A stretch of 64,000 bases of DNA from Verrucomicrobiia bacterium (GCA_963664225.1 OY760937.1:2528001-2592000), one strand, 5' to 3'. Positions 10,095-22,454 are shown, counted from the first letter of the stretch. The notes: generated from the letters alone by a model not told the origin. Program-made: numbers and translations.

Positions 10095-10697
10095 TTAGGC
10101 TGTCGAGTGGGAGTCTTGTCCAGAGCGCAACGGAAGCGATGGAAAGGCATTATTGATCACACCGAGGCCAATGTGGTCAGATGGCTCGAATCCCACGCCT
10201 GTTAACCGATGCATTATCACCAGTTCAACAAATCGATCCGTCACGAAAATTTTTCCTGTGTGTTGTGGCACTTTGAAGATTATTGCATTGGAAAGCCGTG
10301 TTTGGTCAAATACAGCCTGGCTCAAGCTCAAGATGCGTCCATCGGCGGATCGAACAATTCGAGATCTTGCTTCATCGAGGCAGTCAACCACTGCGATTAC
10401 GTTTAATATAAAGTACTCGCGCTTCAAAACCTGCCCGATTGATTTGACTTGAACCGCATCGCCAACAACAGGTTTAATCGCAGACTTGGCGCGTTCCGAA
10501 ACAAACGGAGCTTCGAAATGCCCCATCACAAAATCGTTAAGCGGCAATTTGGGATTTCCGACCTTAAGTTTTGATAGTTTCCAATCCTTCGATAGTGGCG
10601 TTCCGTCGAAATTAGCGTCGAATGTGCCAAGCCGATAATCGGCGCATCCTTTAGCGTCCACATAAAGGGCGTAAATCTTCTGAAAGCCTTTGCTCAT
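10095..10697 (-). CDS. Putative immunity protein (Imm11/DUF1629-like)
   Basis: ATGA overlap with the toxin stop; PFVSERAK, YFILNV..VDCLDE..S, IFKVP...IFVTDRF...LTGVGF pattern; AT-richer than flanks. Confidence 0.75.
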   Translation of the reverse strand: MSKGFQKIYALYVDAKGCADYRLGTFDANFDGTPLSKDWKLSKLKVGNPKLPLNDFVMGHFEAPFVSERAKSAIKPVVGDAVQVKSIGQVLKREYFILNVIAVVDCLDEARSRIVRSADGRILSLSQAVFDQTRLSNAIIFKVPQHTGKIFVTDRFVELVIMHRLTGVGFEPSDHIGLGVINNAFPSLPLRSGQDSHSTA

Positions 10698-11617
10698 TTA
10701 ATCTTTCCTGATTCTTTAAGTAACTGTTCAGCTAAATTGTCTGCTGCTCGTTCAAAGTCGTTCTTCGTGGTCGCACCCTTGAACTCTGCGAGGACACGTT
10801 CGTAATACGCGGTGCTATCCAACTTTCCATGAAATTCTTTTGGCAAAGCAGCGCCATTGGCTGCGTCGATAAGATCGAAACCGGCCTTGTCTGCTCTCGC
10901 ACGTAATACATCCATATCCTTCCGAAGTTGCCCTTTAAGCCATTGAGAATTTGCTCCTCGATGAGGAAGTATGTGGTGCGCTTCATCTACGCCCTCCCGA
11001 ACGCCGTAACGGTAAACATTCTTAGCCGTCTTGCTTGCTTCCAAAAATCTATACATTTTGGGAGCAAGCCTACCACCACGATAAAGGCGGATCGCTGTCC
11101 CAGCGCCTCCCGGCAATATTGGTATCGCCGTTGCGGCTGCGTCATAGAGCAGCCCCCCACCGTCCACCAACGCACCAATGATGTTGCCACTCGAAATGTT
11201 GCAGCCTAGCGAGACAACTCCCAAACTGACATTGAAGGCATCCCAGCCAGTTTCAAGCGCTAAACCGTTCAAGTCGTAAAAGAAAAGCGCGTTGTTGCCA
11301 ACGAATGCGTAAAGGTTTAGCCCGCCATCATCGCCGATATACTCGCCGGTCGTCAGGAGGATGAAGCCAGGTTCTTCAATCGGGTCTCTGGAAAGCCATC
11401 TTCCCGTGCTCGCGTTGTAATACCGATACCCGTAATAAACCAAATCCGTTTCATCATCCTGGTATTTGGTGGAGAACCGGAAGGGGTTGAGCTTGGCCAC
11501 CGGGCCGGTGGCGCGGATGAGTTCACCGAAGGGGCCATAACTATACTGTGTCACGCTGCCAGTGAATTGAACCGGGCCTCTATTCCGCCTGACAGCGACA
11601 TTACACAATGCGGTCAT
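10694..11617 (-). CDS. Orphan Rhs core fragment with C-terminal AHH-type nuclease toxin
   Basis: YGPFGE, PFRFSTKY.D.ET.LVYYGYRYY...GRWLSRDP, NLYAFVGNN..DLNGL, then EAHHILP...NGAALP..FH; no Rhs body upstream. Confidence 0.8.
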   Translation of the reverse strand: MTALCNVAVRRNRGPVQFTGSVTQYSYGPFGELIRATGPVAKLNPFRFSTKYQDDETDLVYYGYRYYNASTGRWLSRDPIEEPGFILLTTGEYIGDDGGLNLYAFVGNNALFFYDLNGLALETGWDAFNVSLGVVSLGCNISSGNIIGALVDGGGLLYDAAATAIPILPGGAGTAIRLYRGGRLAPKMYRFLEASKTAKNVYRYGVREGVDEAHHILPHRGANSQWLKGQLRKDMDVLRARADKAGFDLIDAANGAALPKEFHGKLDSTAYYERVLAEFKGATTKNDFERAADNLAEQLLKESGKIK

Positions 11618-12798
11618 TTTGGCTTGGGCGTGCCTTGGGGGTGGCAGTCGATGCAGGCGACGGTGTGGATGTTGTGCGTGCTGGTTTTGGAGAAAAAGGT
11701 GGTGTCCATTTTCATTGGGTCCAGACCGCAATGCGATATTTTAGGATGGCACTTGGCGCAGGCGGTGGTCGAGTTCAGCGCATGAGGCGGATGGCAGTCC
11801 ATGCAGCTCAGACCGGCATGGACGCCGCGCGGGGTGCGGTCATCGCCGGTGCCCGCCTGGTGATAGGCACTCGGGGCATGGCACTGGTAGCAGACGCGGA
11901 TCAGTGGATCGGCGCTGATCTTCAAGCCCTCCCCTTGGAGCGCGATTCTGGGATGGGGCAGTTCCGAAACCGGGAAGAACAATTGTTCACGCCGGTCATA
12001 GTAGCCGGTGAGGCTGCTGTTCGTTGAACTGGCTGAGGCGTTCGCGGTCTGGATGAACGCCTCCTGGTGTTCATGCGCGCGATGGCAGGCCAGGCAGGGA
12101 ATGGAGGGGCGTGTGGCCAGTTTCGATTGTTTCAGTTTCCAGGGACCCCTGGTTTCCAGCGGGGTCACTATATCCCGCACGGTGCCCTCAAAGAACATGC
12201 CGTGGCAGCGGAGGCAATCGTGGTTGATCTGCTCGACCTGGTTGTGAGCCTGATTCAGGAACACGGCCGAGTAGGTCATGGAGTGGGCGTTGGTTTTCCA
12301 CTCCGCATATTGGGAGGCATGGCAACCGGCGCATTGCTTTGTCATCGCCAGCACCTGGGCTTCGGTGAGGCTGACCGGGTCCAGTAAACGCCGGGCGGCG
12401 GCATCGCGCAGGGTTTCGGGACTGGCCTTGCGACCGTGAAAGGCCGGGCTCAGGTTTTTCTCGTGGCAATTCACGCAGTCCAGAGAGGCGTGGGGCCCGA
12501 GGACGTGGATATCCGCCGGAGCGCCGGTGACATGGCATTGGGTGCAGGCGGATGGGGATTCTTTTGCGATGGCGACGGGTGTAAATGAGAGCCAGAGGGC
12601 GAGGAGGAGGAGCGTGGCGAGAGGGAGGAATGCGATCCGACAATTGCGGAATCGCGGGCGGATGGCGGATAACGCTCGATACAGACAAGGAAGACGCCGG
12701 GTGAGGGCACCCGGCCTACAACCGAACGTCGAACCGGGACGCCCGGTGAGGGCACCGGGCCTACAGGGTGGCGCGCCTTTGTGTTTCGTGGTTTGCAT
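11614..12798 (-). CDS. Multiheme cytochrome c (9 CxxCH motifs)
   Basis: CTQCH, CVNCH, CAGCH, CLRCH, CLACH, CYQCH, CMDCH, CAKCH, CIDCH after a hydrophobic signal; start uncertain. Confidence 0.85.
   Translation of the reverse strand: MQTTKHKGAPPCRPGALTGRPGSTFGCRPGALTRRLPCLYRALSAIRPRFRNCRIAFLPLATLLLLALWLSFTPVAIAKESPSACTQCHVTGAPADIHVLGPHASLDCVNCHEKNLSPAFHGRKASPETLRDAAARRLLDPVSLTEAQVLAMTKQCAGCHASQYAEWKTNAHSMTYSAVFLNQAHNQVEQINHDCLRCHGMFFEGTVRDIVTPLETRGPWKLKQSKLATRPSIPCLACHRAHEHQEAFIQTANASASSTNSSLTGYYDRREQLFFPVSELPHPRIALQGEGLKISADPLIRVCYQCHAPSAYHQAGTGDDRTPRGVHAGLSCMDCHPPHALNSTTACAKCHPKISHCGLDPMKMDTTFFSKTSTHNIHTVACIDCHPQGTPKPK
12693..12765. repeat. Two REP-like hairpins 45 bp apart
   Basis: gacgccgggtgagggcacccggcctaca and gacgcccggtgagggcaccgggcctaca, with compensatory stem changes. 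Confidence 0.85.
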
Positions 12799-12811
12799 GC
12801 AATTATTGCGG

Positions 12812-14467
12812 TTAAGCGGAACGGAACTTGGAGCCTTTCCAGCCCTTGATGATGTAGTCGGAAACCCGATAAGCCACGGCGAAGATGGTGAGCACGGGAT
12901 TAAACCCGCCGTTGGTGACATGCAAGCTGGCATCGGCAATGAAGAGGTTGTCGATATCATGAACCTGGCCGTAGGGATTGGTGACGGAGGTTTTGGGATC
13001 CGTGCCCATGCGGCAGGTTCCGGCCTGATGCTGGCCGCCGCTGACACCGGTGCCCGGGACGGACTGCCAGATGGTGGTGGCCCCGGCTTCCTTGAGCCAC
13101 ATCTCGGCCTTGGAGGCGACGTATTTGGCGACATCGACGTCCTTCGAATGGCGGTGCCCGGAAATACGGGCCACGGGCATTCCCCAGTGGTCGGTCACGC
13201 CGGGGGCCAGGTCGATTCGCGCTTCAAACACGGGTATCTCCTGGATGGGACCCACGACATTGATGCAGCGGGTGAAATACTTTCGCTGGAAATCCTTGTG
13301 CGCCTTGCCCCATGAGGGCGTGCCGGGCTGATGGCGCTGGCTGAAGAGATAGGGGAGGCGGATGAATTCGTTGGCGAGCATTCCGCCGCTGACATAGCCG
13401 GGGTTGTTATGGCTGAAATCGCAGATGGCGATGCACGCGCCGGGGTCGAGATCGTCGTAGGTCTTTTCCTCGAACAAGCCCCACGCGCCGGTGTAGGCAT
13501 GGCCCTGCAAGTTGCGGCCCACCCAGTCGAAGCGGTTGCCCGCGCCCTGGGGAAAAAGCTTCGATTTGGAATTGAGCAACAGCCGGGGCGTTTCCGTGGC
13601 CGAGGCCGACACGATCACGATGTCCGCGGACTGGAATTGTTCGCGGTCGTTGGCATCGAAATACTTCACGCCACGCGCATGCCCTTTGTCATCGACCACG
13701 ACCTGGCTGGCCACCGATTGGGTGCGCACCTCGCACAGGCCGGTTTTCATGGCCACGGGGATGACGGTGTTCTGGGTGCCGGCCTTGGCGTTGACCTCGC
13801 AGGCGAAGCCACAGCAGTAGCGGCAGCGGATGCACGCGGGACGTCCGCCGTAGGGAACGGTGTTGCGGAGCATGGGAATGGGAAAGGGGTGCAATCCCAG
13901 TTTCCGGGCGGCCGGTTCCAGAATTTGTCCCTCGCGTGTGTAGGGATGGGGCGGCATGGGGTGGGGCTTGCGCCGGGGTGGGGCAAAGGGATTCTGGCTG
14001 TCGTCCCCGGCCACACCGATCTCCCATTCGGCCTTTTCATAGAACGGCTCCAAATCCTGGTAGCTCAACGGCCAGTCCTCGAGCGTGGAATCCGCGACTG
14101 TTCCGTAGGTGGAACGCATGCGGAAATCCTTTTCCATGAAACGCCAGGCCATGGCGCCATAGCTCACGGTGCCGGAACCGACGCACGCGGCGTTGTTATT
14201 GTATGCGCCGTCACTGGGATAAACGATCTGCCAGGAATTGCCTGATTGCACGACGCGTTTGTGCCGGGCGTCATCGGGTCCGAAGGCGTTGCCAAGCACC
14301 GTCGTGCGCTGGCTGATCAATTCGTCGTGGTCGTGATCCTCAAAAGTCTGCCACGTGCCCCGTTCCAACAACACCACGGAGAGGCCCGCGGTGCTGAGTT
14401 CCTTGGCCACGACGCCGCCCCCGGCGCCCGCGCCGATGATCACCGCGTTTACATGTTTCAAAGCCAT
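12812..14467 (-). CDS. GMC family flavoprotein oxidoreductase (gluconate 2-dehydrogenase alpha-like)
   Basis: IIGAGAGG, CxxCxxC...C cluster, ETPRLLLNS, HQAGTCRMG, NPVLT. Confidence 0.92.
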   Translation of the reverse strand: MALKHVNAVIIGAGAGGGVVAKELSTAGLSVVLLERGTWQTFEDHDHDELISQRTTVLGNAFGPDDARHKRVVQSGNSWQIVYPSDGAYNNNAACVGSGTVSYGAMAWRFMEKDFRMRSTYGTVADSTLEDWPLSYQDLEPFYEKAEWEIGVAGDDSQNPFAPPRRKPHPMPPHPYTREGQILEPAARKLGLHPFPIPMLRNTVPYGGRPACIRCRYCCGFACEVNAKAGTQNTVIPVAMKTGLCEVRTQSVASQVVVDDKGHARGVKYFDANDREQFQSADIVIVSASATETPRLLLNSKSKLFPQGAGNRFDWVGRNLQGHAYTGAWGLFEEKTYDDLDPGACIAICDFSHNNPGYVSGGMLANEFIRLPYLFSQRHQPGTPSWGKAHKDFQRKYFTRCINVVGPIQEIPVFEARIDLAPGVTDHWGMPVARISGHRHSKDVDVAKYVASKAEMWLKEAGATTIWQSVPGTGVSGGQHQAGTCRMGTDPKTSVTNPYGQVHDIDNLFIADASLHVTNGGFNPVLTIFAVAYRVSDYIIKGWKGSKFRSA

Positions 14468-14475
14468 GGTTAATC

Positions 14476-15036
14476 CTAACGATAACGGTTTTGGCCGATG
14501 ATCGGCGGCACATCCAGGCCGATCATTTTGAAGCTCGCGAAGCCCTTGTTGCCCCCGTGTCGGGGACTGCCGTAGAAGCCCTGCATGGTGTGCTGGCGGA
14601 TCATGTCGAAAAAGCCTCGGGAGGATTGATTTTTCCAGGCGGCCTCCTTGACCTGGCCGGACTCGAGCGCCTTGAGGACAGTGGTCTGGTCGACCCAGCC
14701 CAGCGCCTCGAAATCGTTTTTAAACAGGGCCTGGCTGGTTTGCTGCACGCCGATCAGGCACTGGCGATAGGTCTCCGCGTGCCTGCGGAAAAAGCCGGCC
14801 AGTTGCTTATCGATGTAATTGACCACACCGGCATCGCGCGCGCCGGGGTCCTGATCGGTGGGGATGATTTGTTCGACGATGGCGCCCACCAGACGGGCCT
14901 CGGTGTCCGTGAAGAAGCGCCGGTTAAGAGCCGCGCGCGCGGGAACCGGGGCCAACGTCAAGGCGGCCATGCCCGCCATTGCAGTACGGCAAAAGTCCCT
15001 GCGATTCCATGGTTGAGACATGGGCGCATTGTTCAA
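14476..15036 (-). CDS. Gluconate 2-dehydrogenase subunit 3 family protein (Tat)
   Basis: NRRDF Tat motif, IIPTD.DPGA.DAGV..YID, GFYGSP.HGGN. Confidence 0.9.
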   Translation of the reverse strand: MNNAPMSQPWNRRDFCRTAMAGMAALTLAPVPARAALNRRFFTDTEARLVGAIVEQIIPTDQDPGARDAGVVNYIDKQLAGFFRRHAETYRQCLIGVQQTSQALFKNDFEALGWVDQTTVLKALESGQVKEAAWKNQSSRGFFDMIRQHTMQGFYGSPRHGGNKGFASFKMIGLDVPPIIGQNRYR

Positions 15037-15117
15037 GGTATTTGGGCAATGTCAAATGTCTAAAAGCCGATTACCTAAAAGCCGGCGGTCAATCCATTAA
15101 AACCTTTCGCGGACACG

Positions 15118-15142
15118 AAAAAGGCGCCGTAAAAACGGCGCC
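15118..15142 (-). terminator. Intrinsic terminator after malic enzyme gene
   Basis: ggcgccgt-aaaa-acggcgcc preceded by an A run on the + strand. Confidence 0.75.
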
Positions 15143-15177
15143 GTGCGATCGGATTGTAATGAATTTACAAACTCAGT

Positions 15178-16935
<1,758 letters not shown>

Positions 16936-17279
16936 TTACATCCGTTGCAGTCCACTGGCTCGTCGCGATTATTTTCTTATGACCAACTGAGATATGCCAC
17001 ACGGCATTATATTCTCTTAACTTAAGAGAATAACCCCTCTGTCGAACAGGGCAAGCTGCAAATGCAACCTGTTTTCCAATTTTCCAATTGGGCGCAACAT
17101 GCTGGCCCGCATGGGTATTTGGAACTCGTAGATGCGGGGTTTGAAGGAGGGGAGGACAAACGCACGTGTTTCTTTGCGCCGCAGGGGCTGTACCTGACCC
17201 TGAACTTTACCCTGCGCTCTCCCAAATGCGAAAACCCGCTCCAGACTTGACGTTTCGTGGGGTTATGGTCTAATAGGAC

Positions 17280-17663
17280 ATGATGAAAGTGAAAATTTTC
17301 GCGCTGATTGCGGCAGGTTGTTTGGCGACGCTCATGACGGGATGCGTGGGCACGGTGGACGGGCGCTCGAAGGCGGGCGTGCCCTGGGTGAAGGACACCA
17401 TCGAGAGCCGTTATGAACGGCCGGTGGACCAGATTTTCGGGGCGGCAAAAGAGGTGCTCAAGTTCAATGGCACCCTTTACGGCGAAAACACCATCAACAA
17501 AACCCTCGAAGCCAAGATCAACACCACGACGGTGTTCATCCGTGTGGATGAAGTCGATCCCAAGGTTTCGCGTGTGCTGGTGCAAGCCCGCACCAAGGGC
17601 GGCTCCGGCGATATCGCTGTGGCCAGCGAGATCGATAAACAGATCGCCTTGCGCCTGAAATAA
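17280..17663 (+). CDS. Lipoprotein, DUF3568-like
   Basis: Lipobox LMTGC; small alpha/beta protein. Confidence 0.65.
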   Translation: MMKVKIFALIAAGCLATLMTGCVGTVDGRSKAGVPWVKDTIESRYERPVDQIFGAAKEVLKFNGTLYGENTINKTLEAKINTTTVFIRVDEVDPKVSRVLVQARTKGGSGDIAVASEIDKQIALRLK

Positions 17664-17938
17664 GGAAAAAGTGGCGCGCAACTGGCCCAGCCGGCCGCGC
17701 CCTCGGAATTGATGTGCCGTTTCACCGCGCCGCCAGCAATGGGAGTCGCGGATGAAGCGGTTTCTTTTTTTCCAAACTCATCCTGATATTCCCTGTCAGT
17801 TTGACAGACAGAACACCGGCCGCTAGTTTCCTCGATATTAAACCTGTTCAAGACGGTCCGTGCCTTGACTTTCCCTTGTGACCAAGTCAGGTTGCCCAAG
17901 GGCGCGCGTAAGCCCGTCTTATTGCCTGTATCGTAATT

Positions 17939-20650
17939 ATGAATAGACCTCATCAATTGTTCGACGCATTGGCCGAAATTACCGTCGGCGCGGGCCGCAA
18001 GCTTCATTATTATTCCCTGCCCGCCCTGGAACGCGCCGGTCTGGGCCGCATTTCGCGCATGCCGGTTTCCCTGCGGCTGGTGCTTGAATCGGTGCTGCGC
18101 AATTACGACGGCATAAAGGTGAGCGAAAACAACGTTCGCGCACTGGCTTCCTGGCAGCCCAAAACCCCGCGCACCGAGGAAATCCCGTTTGTGGTGGCGC
18201 GCATTGTGCTTCAGGATTTCACTGGAGTGCCGCTGCTCGTGGACCTGGCGGCGATGCGTTCGGCGGTGGTGCGACTGGGGGGTAATCCCAAGATGATCGA
18301 GCCACTGGTGCCCGTGGATTTGGTGGTGGACCATTCGGTGCAGGTGGATTACGCGGGATCGCCTGACTCTTACGAAAAAAACCTGGATCTGGAATTCCAA
18401 CGCAATCGGGAGCGTTACCAATTGTTGAAATGGGGGATGCAGGCCTTCGAGACCTTCAAGGTCGTGCCGCCCGGCATCGGCATCATTCATCAGGTGAACC
18501 TCGAATACCTGGCCAAGGGAGTTCTCGAGAAGGACGGCTTGATTTATCCCGACACCCTGGTGGGAACGGATTCCCACACGACGATGATCAACGGATTGGG
18601 CATCGTGGGCTGGGGCGTGGGAGGCATCGAGGCGGAAGCAGGCATGCTGGGCCAGCCGGTTTACTTCCTGACACCCGATGTGGTGGGCGTGTGCCTGACG
18701 GGCGCGCTGCGCGAGGGCGTGACCGCCACGGATGTGGCCCTGACCCTGACGCAAATGCTGCGCAAGGCCAATGTGGTGGGCAAATTTGTCGAGTTTTACG
18801 GCCCGGGCGCGGCGGCGCTGCCCGTGGTGGACCGGACGACCATTGCGAACATGGCTCCTGAATATGGGGCGACGATGGGATTCTTCCCGATCGACAGCGC
18901 GTGCGTGGATTACCTGCGGGCCACAGGCCGAAGCGAGGAGCATTGCCAGACTTACGAGGCCTATTACCGGGCGCAGGAGCTGTTCGGGATGCCGAAGCCG
19001 GGCCAGATCGATTACTCCATGCACCTGGTATTCAACCTCGCGGATGTGGTGCCCAGTGTTGCGGGACCCAAGCGCCCCCAGGATCGCATCGAACTGCCGG
19101 TTTTAAAGAAGGAGTTTACTCAGGCTTTTTCCCGGCCGTTGACAACCAACGGTTTTGGCAAGCCTGCCGAGGAACTGGCCCGCGTGAGAGTCGAAGTCTC
19201 GGACGGAAAAAGCGAATCGTACAAAATTGGCCACGGCAGCGTGCTGGTGGCGGCGATCACCAGTTGCACCAACACCTCCAATCCGAGCGTGATGCTGGCG
19301 GCTGGTTTGCTGGCGAAAAAGGCGGTTGAAAAAGGTCTGCGCGTGCCCCCGGCAGTCAAGGCCTCACTGGCTCCCGGTTCCCGCATCGTAACCGAGTATC
19401 TGCAAAAGGCAGGTTTGACGCCCTATCTGGATCAGCTCGGCTTCAACCTGGTCGGTTACGGCTGCACCACGTGCATCGGAAACTCCGGCCCGCTGGCCCC
19501 CGCAATCGAAGAGGCCGTGGTCAAAAACGATCTTGTGGCCGCAGCAGTGCTTTCGGGAAATCGCAATTTCGAGGCGCGCATTCATCAGAACATCAAGGCC
19601 AACTTCCTCATGTCGCCGCCCCTGGTCGTGGCTTTCGCCCTGGCGGGACGTGTCGATATCGATTTAAGCCGCGAACCCATCGGGAACGGCAGCAATAACC
19701 AGCCTGTTTATTTGCGCGATCTCTGGCCCAGCCTTGCGGAAATTCAGGCGCTCATGCACCTGGCGATGGACCCGGAGTCCTTCCGCCGTCTATACAAGGA
19801 TTTCGTCGCGCAGAATCCCAAGTGGAACGAAATTCCGTCGAGCACGGGCGTGGTTTATGAATGGGATGAGGCGAGCACCTACATTCAGGAGCCGCCGTTC
19901 TTCCGTCCGTTCGGCATGACCCCCGATAGTGTGCATGAAATTCGCGGAGCGCGGCCCTTGGGCATCTTTGGCGACAGCGTCACCACCGACCACATCTCCC
20001 CTGCTGGATCGATCAAGAAAGCGTCGCCGGCGGGCGCGTTCCTCACAACGCGCGGCGTCGGTTTTGCCGATTACAACAGCTACGGCTCCCGACGCGGCAA
20101 CGACCAGGTGATGACGCGCGGCACCTTCGCCAACGTGCGCATCAAAAATCTCATGGTTCCGGGCGTGGAAGGCGGTGTGACCAAGTTCCAGCCTGCGGGT
20201 GAAGTCCTGAGCATCTACGACGCCGCACAAAAATATGCGGCCAGCAAAACGCCGCTGGTCATTCTCGCCGGGCAGGAATACGGCACCGGCAGTTCGCGCG
20301 ACTGGGCCGCCAAAGGCACACGGCTCCTGGGAGTCAAGGCGGTGATCGCCCAGAGCTTCGAGCGCATCCACCGTTCCAATCTGGTGGGAATGGGGGTGCT
20401 CCCCCTGCAATTCAAGGATGGCGCCACAGTCCAGAGCCTAAACCTCGACGGCACCGAGACCTACGACATCCTGGGCCTGAACAAAGTCCTCGTGCCACAA
20501 CAGGACCTGATGATGCGGGTCACCCGCGCCACAGGGCAGTCTGAGAACGTGCCGGTGCGTTGCCGGATCGATACGCCGATTGAGATCGAGTATTACCGCC
20601 ATGGCGGCATCCTGCCTTATGTGCTGCGCCAATTGGTGACGGCGGCGTAA
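17939..20650 (+). CDS. acnA: Aconitate hydratase A
   Basis: [60 protein letters not shown]. Confidence 0.98.
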   Translation: MNRPHQLFDALAEITVGAGRKLHYYSLPALERAGLGRISRMPVSLRLVLESVLRNYDGIKVSENNVRALASWQPKTPRTEEIPFVVARIVLQDFTGVPLLVDLAAMRSAVVRLGGNPKMIEPLVPVDLVVDHSVQVDYAGSPDSYEKNLDLEFQRNRERYQLLKWGMQAFETFKVVPPGIGIIHQVNLEYLAKGVLEKDGLIYPDTLVGTDSHTTMINGLGIVGWGVGGIEAEAGMLGQPVYFLTPDVVGVCLTGALREGVTATDVALTLTQMLRKANVVGKFVEFYGPGAAALPVVDRTTIANMAPEYGATMGFFPIDSACVDYLRATGRSEEHCQTYEAYYRAQELFGMPKPGQIDYSMHLVFNLADVVPSVAGPKRPQDRIELPVLKKEFTQAFSRPLTTNGFGKPAEELARVRVEVSDGKSESYKIGHGSVLVAAITSCTNTSNPSVMLAAGLLAKKAVEKGLRVPPAVKASLAPGSRIVTEYLQKAGLTPYLDQLGFNLVGYGCTTCIGNSGPLAPAIEEAVVKNDLVAAAVLSGNRNFEARIHQNIKANFLMSPPLVVAFALAGRVDIDLSREPIGNGSNNQPVYLRDLWPSLAEIQALMHLAMDPESFRRLYKDFVAQNPKWNEIPSSTGVVYEWDEASTYIQEPPFFRPFGMTPDSVHEIRGARPLGIFGDSVTTDHISPAGSIKKASPAGAFLTTRGVGFADYNSYGSRRGNDQVMTRGTFANVRIKNLMVPGVEGGVTKFQPAGEVLSIYDAAQKYAASKTPLVILAGQEYGTGSSRDWAAKGTRLLGVKAVIAQSFERIHRSNLVGMGVLPLQFKDGATVQSLNLDGTETYDILGLNKVLVPQQDLMMRVTRATGQSENVPVRCRIDTPIEIEYYRHGGILPYVLRQLVTAA

Positions 20651-20724
20651 GGCATCCAACCCACAAGTCTGGATTGTAAATTGCTTTTGACCGCAACGGT
20701 TTCAAGCGCCGTTGCGGGGAGAAG

Positions 20725-22140
20725 TCAGTTCCGTCTGAATACGAACAACTCTTTCACAGTGAGGTTCAGCCGTTGACGCCCGAGCCAGAAAACGAACAGC
20801 ACAGGGAGGACGTCCAACCAGAATCGGTTTCCATACATCTGCCATTCCCAATACGTCAAGATTTCCTTAACTGGGTCAGAACGAAAGTCCACGCTAGTAT
20901 GAAAGTCCACGCTAAAATGTTTTAAGCATATAAAGAAATACCAATATCCGCCGATAGTCAGGCATAGAAGTCCAAGCGCGCCTGCCAATGGCCATTTTAC
21001 GAAAACACCCGCAAACCAAGGAATCACCTTTATCGGGCGAGTAGTCACTCTCCAGGCAATTACCGCAAGCGAAAGAATCAACGCGCTTTGAAGCAAAACC
21101 CCAATGGCACCTAATGAATGGCCGCTGACAAGAATCCACGACGGAAGAATCCACGACGGAATATGTAATGTCATCAAGCCTGCAGCGAATTGTATTTGCG
21201 ATACGAAACACCTGAATATCACCACCGCCGCAATCATCCATATCAAACGTTCCATCCAGGTGCGGCACACACAGGAATTTTCCATTTGGAATCCGGCTGT
21301 ATCCTTGTTTTGGCGTCGCTGGACCAGTAAGGTTGCCTCTTGATTCGATAATCCCACGTTTTGAAGCGCCAAAATATCAGGCGACAAAAAAGAAGGTTGC
21401 GAGGCTTCCGTTGAGGGCTCTGATGAAGACTCCCCGAGTGAGCGCATATATCCATACACCAAACAAACGAAGGCGATGATATAACCCAGGTTCGTGACGA
21501 TCTCTCCCAGCGAGTGCCAGGATGAGAGAATGGCTCCGTCCCCAGCGGCCAATTGAAATTTCGGAAGGAACAATAAACCAGTAATCCAATAGCCCAACGT
21601 TACCTGATTGAGGTTTAGGGCAATAATTGCCACCAGGGGCAGCAAGGGATTTCGAAGGCAGAATTGAATCCATCCGGCAGTGCAATTTAGATAGCGTGTG
21701 ACTAATCGAAACACGACGAGCCAGGCGGCACCGTGGACCAACAAATTGATAGCCATGCCCAAAAGACCAGCCGATTGCGCACCTGCATTCCAATGATAAG
21801 CATAACCGCTGATGAGAGAGGCAATGATATGCGCACTGTGTTGAATCCATAAATGGAGCATCAGCCCAACGGCCAACCACATGATGCGATCCAACCAAAC
21901 CTGCCGTTGATTCGCCTTGCCGTATTCGCGGTCCAACTCCCGGCTCGGGCCCAAGCGACGGCAGGCGATGAGGAAGGCTTCCTCCGCGCCCAGTCCTTTC
22001 GATTGGAGCGTTTGAATGGAATCGCGCAAATGGGCCTCGAGTTCCTCCATGTCGGACGAGCGGATGGCGGGGGAGTTTTCCAGGGTGGACCGCCACTGGG
22101 TCAGGGACTGCTCTAAGTCAAAGCGTTTTTGGTTTTCCAT
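20725..22140 (-). CDS. PadR-associated membrane protein with N-terminal permease-prefix (HAAS-like) domain
   Basis: ELEAHLRDSI..L...GL.AEEAF..A.RRLG followed by multiple TM helices; overlaps the end of padR. Confidence 0.8.
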   Translation of the reverse strand: MENQKRFDLEQSLTQWRSTLENSPAIRSSDMEELEAHLRDSIQTLQSKGLGAEEAFLIACRRLGPSRELDREYGKANQRQVWLDRIMWLAVGLMLHLWIQHSAHIIASLISGYAYHWNAGAQSAGLLGMAINLLVHGAAWLVVFRLVTRYLNCTAGWIQFCLRNPLLPLVAIIALNLNQVTLGYWITGLLFLPKFQLAAGDGAILSSWHSLGEIVTNLGYIIAFVCLVYGYMRSLGESSSEPSTEASQPSFLSPDILALQNVGLSNQEATLLVQRRQNKDTAGFQMENSCVCRTWMERLIWMIAAVVIFRCFVSQIQFAAGLMTLHIPSWILPSWILVSGHSLGAIGVLLQSALILSLAVIAWRVTTRPIKVIPWFAGVFVKWPLAGALGLLCLTIGGYWYFFICLKHFSVDFHTSVDFRSDPVKEILTYWEWQMYGNRFWLDVLPVLFVFWLGRQRLNLTVKELFVFRRN

Positions 22141-22448
22141 AATTTGGTGAGCGTTGAGTGAACCGTCATCCACTGTTGCCGTTCCTGGGCGAGGGCTTTG
22201 CGGCCTTCCTGGCGCAACCGGTAATACTTGCGCTTGCGGCCGCCCTCCGTTTTCCATTCCGACTCCAACATCTTCTGCTCCTCCATCCAGTGGAGCACGG
22301 GATAGAGCATGCCTTCGGTCCATGCGATCTTGCCGTCCGATAATTCCACCACCCGCTGGATCAAGGCGTAGCCGTAGTTTTCCCCCTCGGTCAGCACGGA
22401 GAGCACCAAAGGGACCGTGGAAGCGGCGACCAGTTCTTTCGAGAGCAT
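22113..22448 (-). CDS. PadR family transcriptional regulator
   Basis: ENYGYALI, EGMLYPVLH, GRKRKYYRL..EG. Confidence 0.93.
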   Translation of the reverse strand: MLSKELVAASTVPLVLSVLTEGENYGYALIQRVVELSDGKIAWTEGMLYPVLHWMEEQKMLESEWKTEGGRKRKYYRLRQEGRKALAQERQQWMTVHSTLTKLWKTKNALT

Positions 22449-22454
22449 GGCGCC

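Noticed and set aside
12799..13134. Extended 506-aa version of the cytochrome ORF
   Set aside because: It overlaps the GMC gene in another frame; the extension is a shadow.
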